From Eledone cirrhosa (taxonomy: Eukaryota), in the NCBI GenBank assembly GCA_964016885.1, contig OZ024757.1:29388001-29452000 (forward strand): a DNA stretch of 64,000 bases, given 5' to 3'. The position numbers and the translations under genes are program-made. Below are positions 25,570 to 36,835 of the stretch, one piece after another; within the stretch, counting starts at the first letter, position 1; every line of letters starts with the position of its first letter. The notes beneath the pieces were generated by a model. It saw nothing but the letters and a program-made list of their open reading frames with translations. It was not told the origin of the DNA and ran no database searches.

Positions 25570-26194
25570 ATGCACATAAACATACATACACACGCATATA
25601 TATATATACATGTATATGCACATAAACATATAATACGCACACACGCATATATATATATATATATGTATATGCACATATATGTATATATATATATGTATAT
25701 GCACATACATATACATATACACGCACATGTATATATATATATGTATATGCACATAAACATACACACACACACCCACACATACACATATATATATAAACAT
25801 TTATATATCATATATGTCTATGCAGATATACATATATACACACACATATATATACATATACATTTATATACACACATATATATATATATACATATATACA
25901 TATATATATACATATATATGTGTGTATATATATATAAAACAATGATATAAATAGCTAAATTAACTTGACTTTGTTGTTATTATTTTCATTGTTAAATTAA
26001 AACCTTATATATATTTATACATATATATACATATATATATATGTACGTATGTATGTGTGTATATGTGTGTGTGTTAATCAAATTGTAGAAAGATTTCAAC
26101 GAGTAAATAAATCTCCAATATTAGTTTAATGAATATTCATGTTTCGTTTATTTATTTATTTATTGTCTGAAAATTTCTTTGTTTCTTTTTTCAG

Positions 26195-26329
26195 TGAGCG
26201 GTCTCCGGTGTTTTGTTTGCGAAAATGCTAAGAGTGACAAGGAATGCAACCAACAGAAAAATCTGAGGGAATGTCCCAGGGACGTCTCCCCTTCCCAAGA
26301 TGTCTGCGAAATTACTCAACTATATAGCA
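26195..26329 (+). CDS. Ly6/uPAR (three-finger) LYPD6-like protein, internal exon encoding the N-terminal half of the LU domain
   Basis: Pyrimidine tract tttctttgtttcttttttcAG before 26195 and donor A|GTAAGT at 26330. The exon is 135 nt, phase 1-1, and reads (x)SGLRCFVCENAKSDKECNQQKNLRECPRDVSPSQDVCEITQLYS. LxCxxC is the canonical LU-domain start. Confidence 0.9.
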
Positions 26330-26434
26330 GTAAGTTTTGGGGGGTTTTTTTAACATAGATTTCTGCAACCTGTATTTCATGGCATTTAACCCTTTAACAT
26401 TTCCATTACATTATATATACTTTTATATAATTGC

Positions 26435-26615
26435 GATGAATTGGCAGTATCGGTAGAGGGTCGGACATGCTTTCAAGCATAGTTACGTCACTTTACAATC
26501 TGAGTTCAAATCGCGCTGAGGTTAACTTTGCCTTTCATCCATACGGGTCGATAAAATAAAGTACCAGTAATGTACTGGTTAATTGCTGGTCTTGTGCCAA
26601 AAGTAGAAACAATTA
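26435..26615 (+). mobile_element. SINE family A
   Basis: ttggcagtatcggtagagggtcggac...gcctttcatccatacgggtcgataaaataaagtaccag. Confidence 0.85.
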
Positions 26616-26839
26616 TATATACTTTTATATTTTCGTGGTAAAGGCTTTACCTCACATAATTATATCACATCATAATGAATCTATGAGATGTTTATATTAT
26701 TTATTTTGAGAACAATACCTTAACATAAGTATGAGTGTCCAGTTACAGCCGGTTTGAACAGAAGGAAGTGAGAGAATAATTCTGGCCTGATAAGGCCGGT
26801 TTAAATCCTAAAAGGTTAAGGAGTTATAATTGTGTGACA

Positions 26840-27110
26840 AGGCGGTGAATTGGCAGAGTCGTTAGAACGTCGAATAGAATGCTTTATGGTATTAGTTCCG
26901 GCTATCTGCTCTCTGCCGAGATCAACTCTGTTTGTCATCCTTTCGAGGTTAATAAAAAAAAAAGTACCAGTCTAGTAATGGGGTGGATTCTTCCGATATA
27001 TATCCTTCTCATTTTTCTCTCTCACTTTCTATCTTTCTCTGGAAGAAATCTGCTGTATTCAGGCCTCGAGAGGGATGGGCTCCGCTAGGCTTAGAATGCC
27101 CAAGAAACAC
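26840..27110 (+). mobile_element. SINE family A variant with an extended 3' tail (tail shared with 36410-36665 -)
   Basis: The SINE head and core are followed by ctttctctggaagaaatc...ttcag.cct.gaga.ggat.gg.tcc...atgccc, found reverse-complemented at 36410-36480. Confidence 0.7.
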
Positions 27111-27326
27111 TATATGTCAATACAACGCCCCTACTATTCTATCATGTAATGGGACCTGTCATACATTCAATTATGTGATAAAGCCCACTCTTTTAATTAC
27201 GAGTAGACTCCCATCTAAAGGGTTTCTAAATTGTTTCCATAGGCTCGAAAAAAAACACCAAGTTTTGATCGATCCGAGGCTACTGTACAACCGGCGCAGT
27301 GGGATCGAACACAGGACCTTCTAGTT

Positions 27327-27516
27327 AGCTTTGTGCCTAAATCAGAAACCAACAACATTTTGGTGGAAGAGGAAAGTAGACTAAATCGACCTCAGTGCAT
27401 TACTAGTACTTTATTTTATCGACCCCGTTAGGATGAAAAGTAAAGCTAACCCCGGCAGGATTTCTACTCAGGTCGTAAAGGGCCATAACTCCGACGTTCC
27501 ATCGATACTGCCAATC
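27327..27516 (-). mobile_element. SINE family A, apparently nested in another tRNA-derived SINE head
   Basis: tagtactttattttatcgaccccg...gatactgccaatc. It is flanked by gcgcagtgggatcgaac (27294-27310) and ttgcgaagtgaacttcta (about 27540-27557). Confidence 0.75.
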
Positions 27517-29135
27517 TATCGTCCTCTGGACGTTATAATTGCGAAGTGAACTTCTAAAGCATTCAGGCCTGCTGTGTCCACAAACAGTCCGATATAAGTT
27601 TCTGATGTTTATGCTTACAAAATCACATACACACAGAACTGATAGTTATGTGTACACACATGTCCACAAGTGTGTTTGGAAGGTTTTATCGGTCAAACAT
27701 TGCTAGAAACTTTAAACACCACTTATCACCCTACCACCATCACCACTACACCACCCCACCCCCACCCCACCAACACTGTTTGAGTCAGGGGAGAAAAATT
27801 CATCAAAACCAAGTATGAAAAATAACGTAATACCAATCAATATTCTATCCATAATAATGGAATGGTGTGAAGTTAATACTCATACATATATTACAAAAGC
27901 AGTCCCAACATCCCAACGAAACATCAACTGTTTGAGAGAGAAACCTATTCATATCTCATTATTCTTTGGTCTAAAAAACGTAGCTATCTCTTGATCTACG
28001 ACACATCTATGCACTACTGTATATTACAAAATTTGATCTCGGCGTAAGCAGAGAAACAGGGAAGCATTTTCCTTAAAAGCATTTAAAAAAACGTCCATAA
28101 TAAACTTATAAAAATGCATTTCCACTTCAAAAGAAAAAACAAAATTAAAACACAATCAAAAACATTACTTAGTTCTGGTGAAAAATATGATGATACCATA
28201 GGCAATAAATCAACAGTTTTGTCATTAATTATATATTCAGAAATAGTTTCAAACAACTGAGGCTAAAAGCTGAGATAGGATATAAAATAGAAGAAAAATA
28301 AAAACCTTGAAAATAAATAAGAAAATAAAGCTGTGAATAAAATCGTAATTAAGAACCATGAAATTAAGTTTTATTTTTACATAGCCAATAGTTTTAGTCT
28401 TCAATGTTATTTCAAGCGTAGAAAGAAGGGGGGGGGGGGGGCAAAAAATACATAAAACAAATTTTAAGTAACTCGACAGCAACAACAACAGCGAACAGAA
28501 TTACAACAAAAACTACAACACAAATTACACTTGCAACTTATGTAGAATGACATTTTTGAGAGAATTAACGTCAATGGTGGACCTAGAAAGTTTCACAGAT
28601 GTAATTAGAGAGAGATGAGAGAGATAGGTGAGAGAGAATTTCTAACGTTTATGGTTTATCGTCATTGTAAAGAATATATTAACGATGAGAAATGAATGAA
28701 ATGAAGCTGTAGGGAATCAGAGACGGTTTGTAACTTCAATGTAATGTGACTGTAATTTTTGTCTTCACGCCTCCGTAAATTCAAACAAATATATGTTGTA
28801 ATTCTTTTGTATCAGTCTACAAGATGTCGAAATAAATGGTTGATATTACTGCTTGATGAACACCAGTCATCAATCACAGAGAAGTGAAAGTACTTAGAGT
28901 TCAACCAAGTCGTTGAGGTTCATCTCACACATATATATATATATATATGTGAGGTTCATCTCACATATATAATTTTCTCTTTCCTTGTATTTTGATCATG
29001 CTTTATTTTTATTTATTATTTATTATATTTTTGTCTTTATTTGTTAATTTTTCATTCGCACCGTTTCCTTTCGCTATATGTCTCTCCACCACTCCCCTAC
29101 ACACCTTTTGAACTCTGTTCCCACACACTTCTCAC

Positions 29136-29163
29136 CTGAAGAAGGGCTTATGCCCGAAACGTC
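29136..29163 (+). ncRNA. Minimal hammerhead core (Penelope-type)
   Basis: CTGAAGA-AGGGC-TTAT-GCCC-GAAACGTC, followed by gagcgt..taataaa and (TA)n as in the 19881 copy. Confidence 0.55.
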
Positions 29164-29251
29164 GTCCCCCACCTACCCCCCACTCTCCTGAGCGTGAATT
29201 TAATAAACATTTATCGTACTGCCTCTCTGTTCTGTCCCTGTTCAATTTTTC

Positions 29252-29287
<36 letters not shown>

Positions 29288-29324
29288 TACACATTGCACT
29301 ACCAATTCTCGATATGATACTATA

Positions 29325-29361
<37 letters not shown>

Positions 29362-29499
29362 TATATATATGTATAATTCAGTAACACATTAAACACATTA
29401 AAACAAGGTCCACTACTATAAACTTCATCCACAAAATAGGTAATAACTAATCAACAACAACCTGAAACATATAATCAAGTAAAAAACAATGAGGTAATT

Positions 29500-29810
29500 A
29501 TACTGGAACTCCGTCGGTCACGACGACGAGTGTTCCAGCTGATCGGATAAACTGGAACAACTTGCTCGTGAAATTAACCTGCAAATGGGGGAGCATTCCA
29601 CAGACACGTGTACCCTTAACGTAATTCACAGGGAGGTTCAGCAGGACACAGAATGTGATAAGGCTGACTCTTCGAATTACAGGTAGAACATTTTTTTCCA
29701 GCTGAGTGTACTGGAGCAGCGGGAAGTAAAGTAACTTGCTCAAGGGTACAATGCGCCACCAGCAATCGAATCCACGACCTTACGATATGCTAACCACCAA
29801 GCCACACATC
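29500..29810 (-). mobile_element. tRNA-derived CORE-like SINE with a long body (fragments also at about 13995-14070 and 31250-31410)
   Basis: Minus strand gtggcttggtggttag...ggattcgattgc...cccttgagcaagttactttacttc...tacgttaagggtacacgtgtctgtgg. Confidence 0.8.
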
Positions 29811-29974
29811 AGGTAATAAGGTCAGAAAAAGCATTAAGTTAATAAGATTACAATAAAATACGAGCCACTATACCAGTACTGAGAGGAGGAAATTCCTCAG
29901 GCCACAATCGTCCCCGATATCCAGGTTTTGATGAGTTTGGGAAGCTAGATACATTAGTATCATATACTCTATAG

Positions 29975-30153
29975 CAGGCATGTCAAACATGCGGCTCTTT
30001 AAAAGCACACCTGCGGCCCGCACAAATATTTTTACAGCGTGAGCATGTTTTATCTTCGTAAAATTTGTTGTAATGTGCGTAATTAGTTGTCATGTGTGGC
30101 TCTCAGACACAACATATATGTGGCCCTGGGGGACCCTCAGTTTGTCATGCCTG
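29975..30153. mobile_element. hAT (Charlie-like) MITE, 179 bp
   Basis: TIRs CAGGCATGTCAAAC / GTTTGTCATGCCTG (1 mismatch), a perfect 8-bp TSD CTCTATAG at 29967-29974 and 30154-30161, and internal (g/t)gcggccc motifs. Confidence 0.9.
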
Positions 30154-30279
30154 CTCTATAGGGCACTAAATAATTACCTGCTTGACTAAGGAATACTCAA
30201 GCACCATCGCTAGTAGCTGTCAGCCATGCAGCCCATACAAAGGAAAATATGAAATTGATATTTAAATTAACCAAAACCC

Positions 30280-30940
30280 TAAACTAAACAGTCCATGAAT
30301 TAGTTAAAAGAACAAAATCTATAATTAACCATTAAATTCAGAATTGGCACTTAACTTAAACAAATTAAAATATAACGCGATGATATTCACAAGCATTGAC
30401 GCCTTGCAACACTAGAAGCCAGGAACCGCTGCTCAATAAATACACTTTAAAATTCATCATTCAACCCAAGAATTAAAAGCAACAAAAAAAAATCACCTTT
30501 AACATATAAATTAGAATTAGAAAATAAATTGTACAAAATAGAAATCAAATTTAACATTAAAAATTAATACCCAGATACTGGCACTAGGCGTAGCTCCAAT
30601 CCCGAAAATTAAAATTAAAACAATAACCAAAACATAAACCATAAACTAATACGTTTGTAAACTAGTAAAGAGAATATAATTTAGAATAAAAGATTCAATC
30701 CAGAATTAGCAATTAATTTAAAACGAAATGCTATGATTTTAAAAATTATAGACCTTTTTCATTGCTAGAATCCAAAATACCATGTACACGTTAGAATTTA
30801 CAATTCAACCTAAGAATTATTAAGATATTAGAATCAACAATTAAATTAGAATAGGAAATTAAATTGTATGAAATAGAACTGAAAATTAATATGAAAAATT
30901 AATACCTGGAGCTGGCAATAGGCGTGTGTACAATCCGACC
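30280..30940. repeat. Diverged tandem duplication with a period of about 335-360 bp
   Basis: aattagaat.gaaa.taaattgta..aaatagaa...aaaaattaatacc..ga.ctggca.taggcgt...caatcc at about 30509 and 30844. Collinear blocks also occur at 30339/30700 and 30412/30766. Confidence 0.75.
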
Positions 30941-31092
30941 ACTACATTACATTAGGCTTACCGAGCACATACAGGAAGTAGCAAAAAAACAGGGGCAGAC
31001 AACTGAGACAAATTCCAAATTCCTCCACGTTCACCCCTCCTTACATTTTTTAAACATGAACCAAAGATTAAAATGATATATCATCATTATAT

Positions 31093-31497
31093 TCCGCCGC
31101 GGTTAACTTTGTCTTTCATCCTTACGGGGTCGATAAAATAAAGTACCGGTAACATACTGGCGACGATTTAATCGACCCCCCTCCCCCATAAAAATTACTG
31201 GCCTTGTGCCTATACTAGAAATCATTGTTCTTCGCGAGTTGCAACTGTATTACAAGAGGCAAGACTTGTTATGCACTGTTTGACGCTGAATCGCCCTGAG
31301 AAATACGTTAAGAGTGCACGTGTCTGTAAAATTTTCAGCCAGCCACCTGCTAATTTCGTGAGGAGTCAGCTCAGTTGATTGATCCAATTAGAGCATTCAC
31401 CGTCGGAAACCCCTTAAGGATGAAAGACAAATTTAACCTCGGCGGGATTTGAACTCAATCCGTAAAGGGGCGTAACTCTATGCTACAAAGCATGACG
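31093..31497. mobile_element. SINE cluster: family A (+, 31093-31226), CORE-SINE fragment (+), family A (-, 31412-31497)
   Basis: Family motifs in both orientations. Confidence 0.75.
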
Positions 31498-31589
31498 TGC
31501 AAGAGAATATATTTTTTTGCTGTTAAAATAAAAACATTATAAACAGTTGGGACCCTGTGTGATATGTGGGCCACCCTCTATATATATAA

Positions 31590-31940
31590 AACAACAAAGA
31601 AAGTGTAGTAAGAAACCAGATGGACCTGTACTTGATACTTAGGGTAGTAGAGTGGGTAATAGGAAAAGACTCAGGACCCCGACGACTGAGCTCCGGTCGT
31701 TTCGACAGCTAGATCCGAACTCTAGCTGTCGAAACGACCGGAGCTCAGCCGTCGGGGTCCTGACTCTTTTCTTATATATATATATATATATATAACGAAG
31801 GAGTTGTGGTAAGGAACCAGATAGACCATAACGCATCAGAGTACTGAATACCTAGGGTAGTAGAGTGGGTAATAGCCGTCCAGAAATACCCATCGAAACG
31901 GCTTGAGCTCTGCCGTCGGGGTCATACTTTTTCCTATACA
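31590..31940. mobile_element. Family B elements with a near-perfect 51-bp-arm hairpin (31663-31771)
   Basis: gaaaagactcaggaccccgacgactgagctccggtcgtttcgacagctaga-tccgaac-tctagctgtcgaaacgaccggagctcagccgtcggggtcctgactcttttc. Confidence 0.85.
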
Positions 31941-32649
31941 TATATATATATATATATATATAATACTATGCCCATATATATATATATTTACAATGATATT
32001 AAATAAATGGAAACTGTATTTATAAAACCATAATATATATATATATATATATAAGAATGTTCACTTCACTTCAGAAAATGCTATTAACTTTTGTTAAAAG
32101 TAGTTTATCTTTCAACATTAAGCATTGAGAACAAGATTAAATCCAATCAAACTGGTGTACGTTTTCGTTTCTGTTAAGATTGATTGAACTGGAAAATGTG
32201 TTGCTATTGCTTGGAGTAACTTCAGTGCTGTCTCGTAGAAAATATCAGGAAATTGTTAATTATTCTGATTCGAGACAACTTTAGCTCAACACTGTCAATT
32301 ACAGACGTTCTTTATAGATATTCCTTATAACTACTGGGATATAAACAATCGCATTCATTTTCTTCTTTCAATGTATTCTCTAAAACTATGTCTATTAGAA
32401 AAGATTTTACATGATCTACTAGTGCATTATAAATGTTATACGAGGCTCGGTTGAAATATGTATAGACTGAATATGAAGGAGTGATGCTGGAGCTGTGAAA
32501 TCTTGCAGTCATTTCAACTCTTCTTATTAATAACTGTATTGTTTATTCCCATGGACTATATTGACAAATAAACCTCAGTTGGTCATTCCATGAGAGTATC
32601 TTGGTCAGCTTATGAAATCTTGAATGCATTAATTTAAACTCTTATTATT

Positions 32650-32850
32650 AGCGGTAGAGGGTCGGACGCCATGCTTTGAAACATACAGTTGCCTCCCTGT
32701 ATGAGCTGAGTTCAAATCCCGCCGAGGTTAACTTTGCCTTTTATCCTTACGGGGTCGATAAAATAAAGTACCAGTAATGCACTGGAGTCGATTTAATCGA
32801 CTTTCCCCTCCTCCCAAATCACTGGCCTTGTGCCTATACTAGACACCATT
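32650..32850 (+). mobile_element. SINE family A
   Basis: cggtagagggtcggacgccatgc...gagttcaaatcccgccgagg...ggccttgtgcctatactaga. Confidence 0.85.
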
Positions 32851-33154
32851 ATGTAATAATCTCCCCATTTTGTCTCATTTCTCCCTCAATTTCACACACA
32901 CACACACACACACAATTATATACAAGTGGAAGCTTAGTAAAATCGAAGCTTTGGCTGTGGCCAAGCTAACGACCTACAATAAGGAATGAGCAGCAAAGCA
33001 CTCAATGAGGTAAACCCTTAGAGTAATAACAGACGTTTAGATACCTTGACAAATTGAAAATTGCGGCAGGTAAACCTAGCCACACAATACCATATATATA
33101 TATATATATACACAATATATTAATAAATGGAAATTATAATTATAAAACCATATT

Positions 33155-33220
33155 TATTTTATTATACATATTTCAAGGGCCACCAAGGCAAATTATGATG
33201 CGCTTTCATCAGATAAAATA
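33155..33220 (-). ncRNA. Minimal type I hammerhead ribozyme, intact core
   Basis: Minus strand TATTTTAT-CTGATGA-AAGCGCATC ataatttgcctt GGTGGCCCTT-GAAA-TATGTATA-ATAAAATA. Confidence 0.75.
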
Positions 33221-33341
33221 CAATACAGATTAGTTTTATAAATAAATATTGACATACCCTGAAAAAAGACAAACTTAACGGTTGGAAGGTTGTCTTTTTT
33301 CAGGGTATTTCAATATTTATTTATAAAACTAATCTGTATTG

Positions 33342-33407
33342 TATTTTATCTGATGAAAGCGCACCATAATTTGCCTTGGTGGCCCTTAAAATATGTATAA
33401 TAAAATA
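33342..33407 (+). ncRNA. Hammerhead copy with a G12-to-A core substitution (predicted impaired)
   Basis: TATTTTAT-CTGATGA-AAGCGCACC...GGTGGCCCTT-AAAA-TATGTATA-ATAAAATA. A at 33388 replaces the G of GAAA. Confidence 0.65.
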
Positions 33408-33536
33408 AATCTGGTTTTATAATTATAGTATCCATTTATTAATATATTGTATATTTAATCCACTACTGTTGAGTGCTTTGTGTCAGTTATAACATTTTTT
33501 AAACTTGTTGAATCCCAACAAATTAAATATAACCTC

Positions 33537-33573
<37 letters not shown>

Positions 33574-33764
33574 CAAGACACCATTTTATCGGCTAGATAC
33601 AGAAAATTTCGCAACACATGCCTATATATATACAGAACGTAATGTACCTGAACGCGGATCGCAAATCATTTTGTGGAACGCTCTACCAGTTCAGCCCATC
33701 GATCACTCTGGACTCGCGATACTTTATTTTATCGACCACACAATGTCAGCCAAAGTTCAATCAC

Positions 33765-33985
33765 TGCTACAACAACAACCACAACAATCACAACTACAAG
33801 AACAACCACAGCGACGACCACAACCACAACAAAGACAGCAACCACCACAACTACAACAACAACAACAACAACCACAAAAACCACAACAACAACAACTACA
33901 ACAACAACAGTTATAGCTTCAATAAATACAAACACAGCAACAACAACAACAAAAACCTCAACAACCACAACAACAACAACCTCTA
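33765..33985. repeat. (AAC)n/(ACC)n triplet tract
   Basis: Imperfect aac repeats. Confidence 0.9.
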
Positions 33986-34144
33986 ACTGGTTTAAAGCTC
34001 CCGGTTAGTTAGATTTAAGAGAAACAGAATATTGGTTAACTCTTAAATCGTTGCTAACATGATTCGATTTATAATCGATCCGTAAATGATTTAAACTGGA
34101 ACGTTTAGAAATTGAATAACTAGTTCTTGATATTCCTCCGGTGA

Positions 34145-34331
34145 TGGATTAGAAAAGATTGGTAGAGCATTGAATAAAATTTAATTGTGCTATTTAGTTA
34201 TGTCCCTTTAAGTACTAAATTCACATACCGCTTAGGTCAAATTTGCCATTTATCCTTCTGGATCGATAAATTGGCATAAAATCAATTATACGCTCGATCT
34301 AATGTTTAGGTTTGTGCTTATCTTAGAACCG
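34145..34331 (+). mobile_element. SINE family A (old, diverged)
   Basis: ggtagagca...aggtcaaatttgccatttatccttctggatcgataaa. Confidence 0.6.
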
Positions 34332-34375
34332 GTATTGGTATTTGAGCTATTTATAGGGGGATTTGTCGGTGAATA

Positions 34376-34637
34376 GAGCATGTATGTATGGATGTATGTA
34401 TGTATGTTCTTCTGGTTTTGTAATTTCACAAATTATTTTCCCAATAGAGAGAGAGTCGGTTTCTAACATAGACACAAGACTCTCGCATTGGAATGTACAC
34501 ATCAACTAGGTAGATATGTATGCATGCATGTGTAGATATGGATGTTAATGTATGTGTGGATGTGTATGTTTTGAGTTGTATGTGTGCATGTGTATGTGCT
34601 TTGTATCTGTACATGTGTATATGTAGTTATTAGATGT
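34376..34637 (+). repeat. About 260-bp direct repeat, copy 1 (copy 2 at about 35897-36166)
   Basis: Shared gttcttctggtttt.taatttcacaaa...gagagtcggtttctaacatagacacaagactctc.cattggaat...agttattagatgta. Confidence 0.8.
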
Positions 34638-34675
34638 ATGTATGTATGTATGTATGTATGTATGTATGTATGTAT

Positions 34676-35100
34676 CCCGATGGCACTGACAGACGGCCTG
34701 ACCTGACATGTGAGACCTGTAATAAGATTTGTCTGAGCATGGCAGGTCTAAAGAGTCACCTGAGAGTGCACAAAAACAGGGAAGCAGGCACCTGTGGAGC
34801 TATAAGTGTTCATCAGACGACGACATGTAATGTTTGTGGAACGGTATGCAGGTCAAGTAGTGATCTCAAACGACACCTTGGGTCACATGGTACCATGGGC
34901 CCAGCACGAGGTGTCAGTAATTGTCACAAGTGTCGTGTTTGTACCAGAGTTTTCAAGTCGCTGGCTGGACTAAAAAGCCACACTCGTTCAGTGCATCGGT
35001 AGGGGTTCTCCTACATGGATATAAAGTAGTGGCCGTACTCGAAAACGAGTTGGCAGCCACCATGTATGTATGTATGTATGTATGTATGTATGTATGTTTG
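34676..35100 (+). mobile_element. 5'-truncated RTE-type LINE 3' end encoding three C2H2-like zinc fingers, with 3' UTR and (TATG)n tail
   Basis: ORF ...CETCNKICLSMAGLKSHLRVH...CNVCGTVCRSSSDLKRHLGSH...CRVCTRVFKSLAGLKSHTRSVHR* (stop at 35002), then a ctcgaaaacgag hairpin and (gtat)n. There is no splice context and the upstream flank is (gtat)n. Confidence 0.8.
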
Positions 35101-35107
35101 TATGTTG

Positions 35108-35716
35108 GTGCTACTGGTAACATGTATCCCAGTACAACCTGTCTCATGGTCGGGTCGTTGGCGACTAAACTGGCAACCCCACCAAGGTTTCTTGGTGAGG
35201 AGGGTGGCTTTGGACATCCTGCAGGACTAAAAACAAAACCTGTCAAAGGGCAAAGGAGCTCTTAAGAGTTAATGGCCATCCAAAATCACTGGGAGAGATG
35301 ACCCCTTAGCCTTTGTCAAGGCAGAATTCTAGGAGAAGGAAAACTCTGATATAACAACTGCAACCCTGATAGTATCCAATGATGTTGACTTGTTCTTCTT
35401 TTTGGTAAATATCATCTTGGTTAAGAGAGTGGGACTGGCTTTGTGCAGTGCCTTTGCTCACTATAAAAGCTTCACGGCACAGGCATTGCTTTATATCTGG
35501 AGATCTCTCTGCACTTGTCGTCACATGGTACCAAAGGCAAAGCACTGTATCAATAATTGTCACATGTGTAGTGTTTGTACCAGAGTTTTCAAGTCGCTGG
35601 CTGGACTAAAAAGTCACACTCGTTCAGCGCATCGGTAGGAGTTCTCCTACATGGATGTAAAGTAGTGGCCGTACTCGAAAACGAGTTGGCAGCCACCATG
35701 TTTGTATGTATGTATG
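35108..35716 (+). mobile_element. Bipartite RTE-like element: 5'UTR-like part fused to the last zinc finger, 3' UTR and (TATG)n
   Basis: 35108-35490 matches 21110-21560. 35520-35700 is a close copy of 34882-35063 (CSVCTRVFKSLAGLKSHTRSAHR*). Confidence 0.8.
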
Positions 35717-36409
35717 TTCTGGTTTTATAATTCCACTACTGTGCATCCCTTCTTTTCCCTATCCCATATCATTATATCTGGTCTGTTATGCCTGCATTTT
35801 ATTGAGGTTTTTACTGGAGCATTCTACCAGTACTCTTCATATTCTGTATATGTATGGCTTCCACATCGCTGTAGCATTTAATGTGTTTAATATCGGAGCT
35901 GTGTATGTATGTATGTATGTTCTTCTGGTTTTATAATTTCACAAATGTTTGCCAATATAGAGAGTCGGTTTCTAACATAGACACAAGACTCTCTCATTGG
36001 AATTTACACAACATCAACTAGGTAGATATGTATGCATGTCTACATGCACGTATGTGTGTGCAGGTATAGATGTTATTGTATATGCAGATATGTATGTTTT
36101 GAGTTGTATGTGTGCATGTGTATATGCTTTGTATATGTACAAGTGTACATGCAGTTATTAGATGTAGAAGTTTTGGAATGTTTTACATATTTTTACTGTA
36201 CTACTAATGTATTGTACTTGTAATTTCCTAAGTATTCATGTATGTATGCATGCATATATGCATGCATGTATGCATGTATGTATGTACGTATATATGTAGG
36301 CATGTATGTATAAATGTATGTATGTATGCATGCACGCATGTATGTATGCAGGTATGTATGATGTATGAAAACACGCATTTATGTATGGGTCCATAACTCT
36401 TAATGGAAT

Positions 36410-36665
36410 CGTAGGGCATTTAAAACCTGTTGGATCCTATCCGTCTCTAGGTCTGAACATGCACGATTTCTTCCAGAGAAGGAAAGGGAAGAAACGAGAC
36501 AGAGATATAGAGGAAGAATAGTCCCCAGTACAGAACTGATAATTTTTTATCGACTTTGAAAGTATGAAAAGCAAAGTCGACTTCGGTATGGTTTGGACGA
36601 AGAGAGCCAAAAATAAATTCACCAAAACATTCTACCTGACGTTCTGACGACTCTGCCAGATCGCC
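36410..36665 (-). mobile_element. SINE family A variant with extended tail
   Basis: ttttttatcgactttgaaagtatgaaaagcaaagtcgacttcgg...gttctgacgactctgcca plus the tail shared with 27030-27105. Confidence 0.7.
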
Positions 36666-36810
36666 GATATGGTAAACATGTAAAATGACTACAAAAATCA
36701 ACATAAATGACATACATACATAGATAAGACACGAGCGACAGTAAGCTATGGCTATCGAAAAAAGACAATGTATTTAGATGGCAAATAATAGAAAATGGTA
36801 AAGAGTGTAT

Positions 36811-36835
36811 GTTTCGGACAAGTAATCTTCATCAA
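36811..36835 (-). ncRNA. Degenerate hammerhead core
   Basis: Minus strand TTGATGA-AGATTACTTGTCC-GAAAC, with a C3U change and a broken stem II. Confidence 0.35.

Larger units (their letters stand above)
33112..33540. mobile_element. Family C foldback (about 160-bp arms, 33112-33272 / 33290-33450) with a hammerhead in each arm, between (TA)n tracts
   Basis: The arms are reverse complements. Partial copies lie at 3273-3482, about 31990-32032 and 40572-40735. Confidence 0.9.

Noticed and set aside
33618-34008. PolyQ, polyN and polyT ORFs
   Set aside because: An (AAC)n tract open in all frames, next to a SINE remnant.
34634-35002. Host C2H2 zinc-finger gene
   Set aside because: The start codon is in (TATG)n, there are no TGEKP linkers or splice sites, it is followed by an RTE-type 3' UTR and tail, and it is partly duplicated at 35520-35700. 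Called a LINE 3' end instead.
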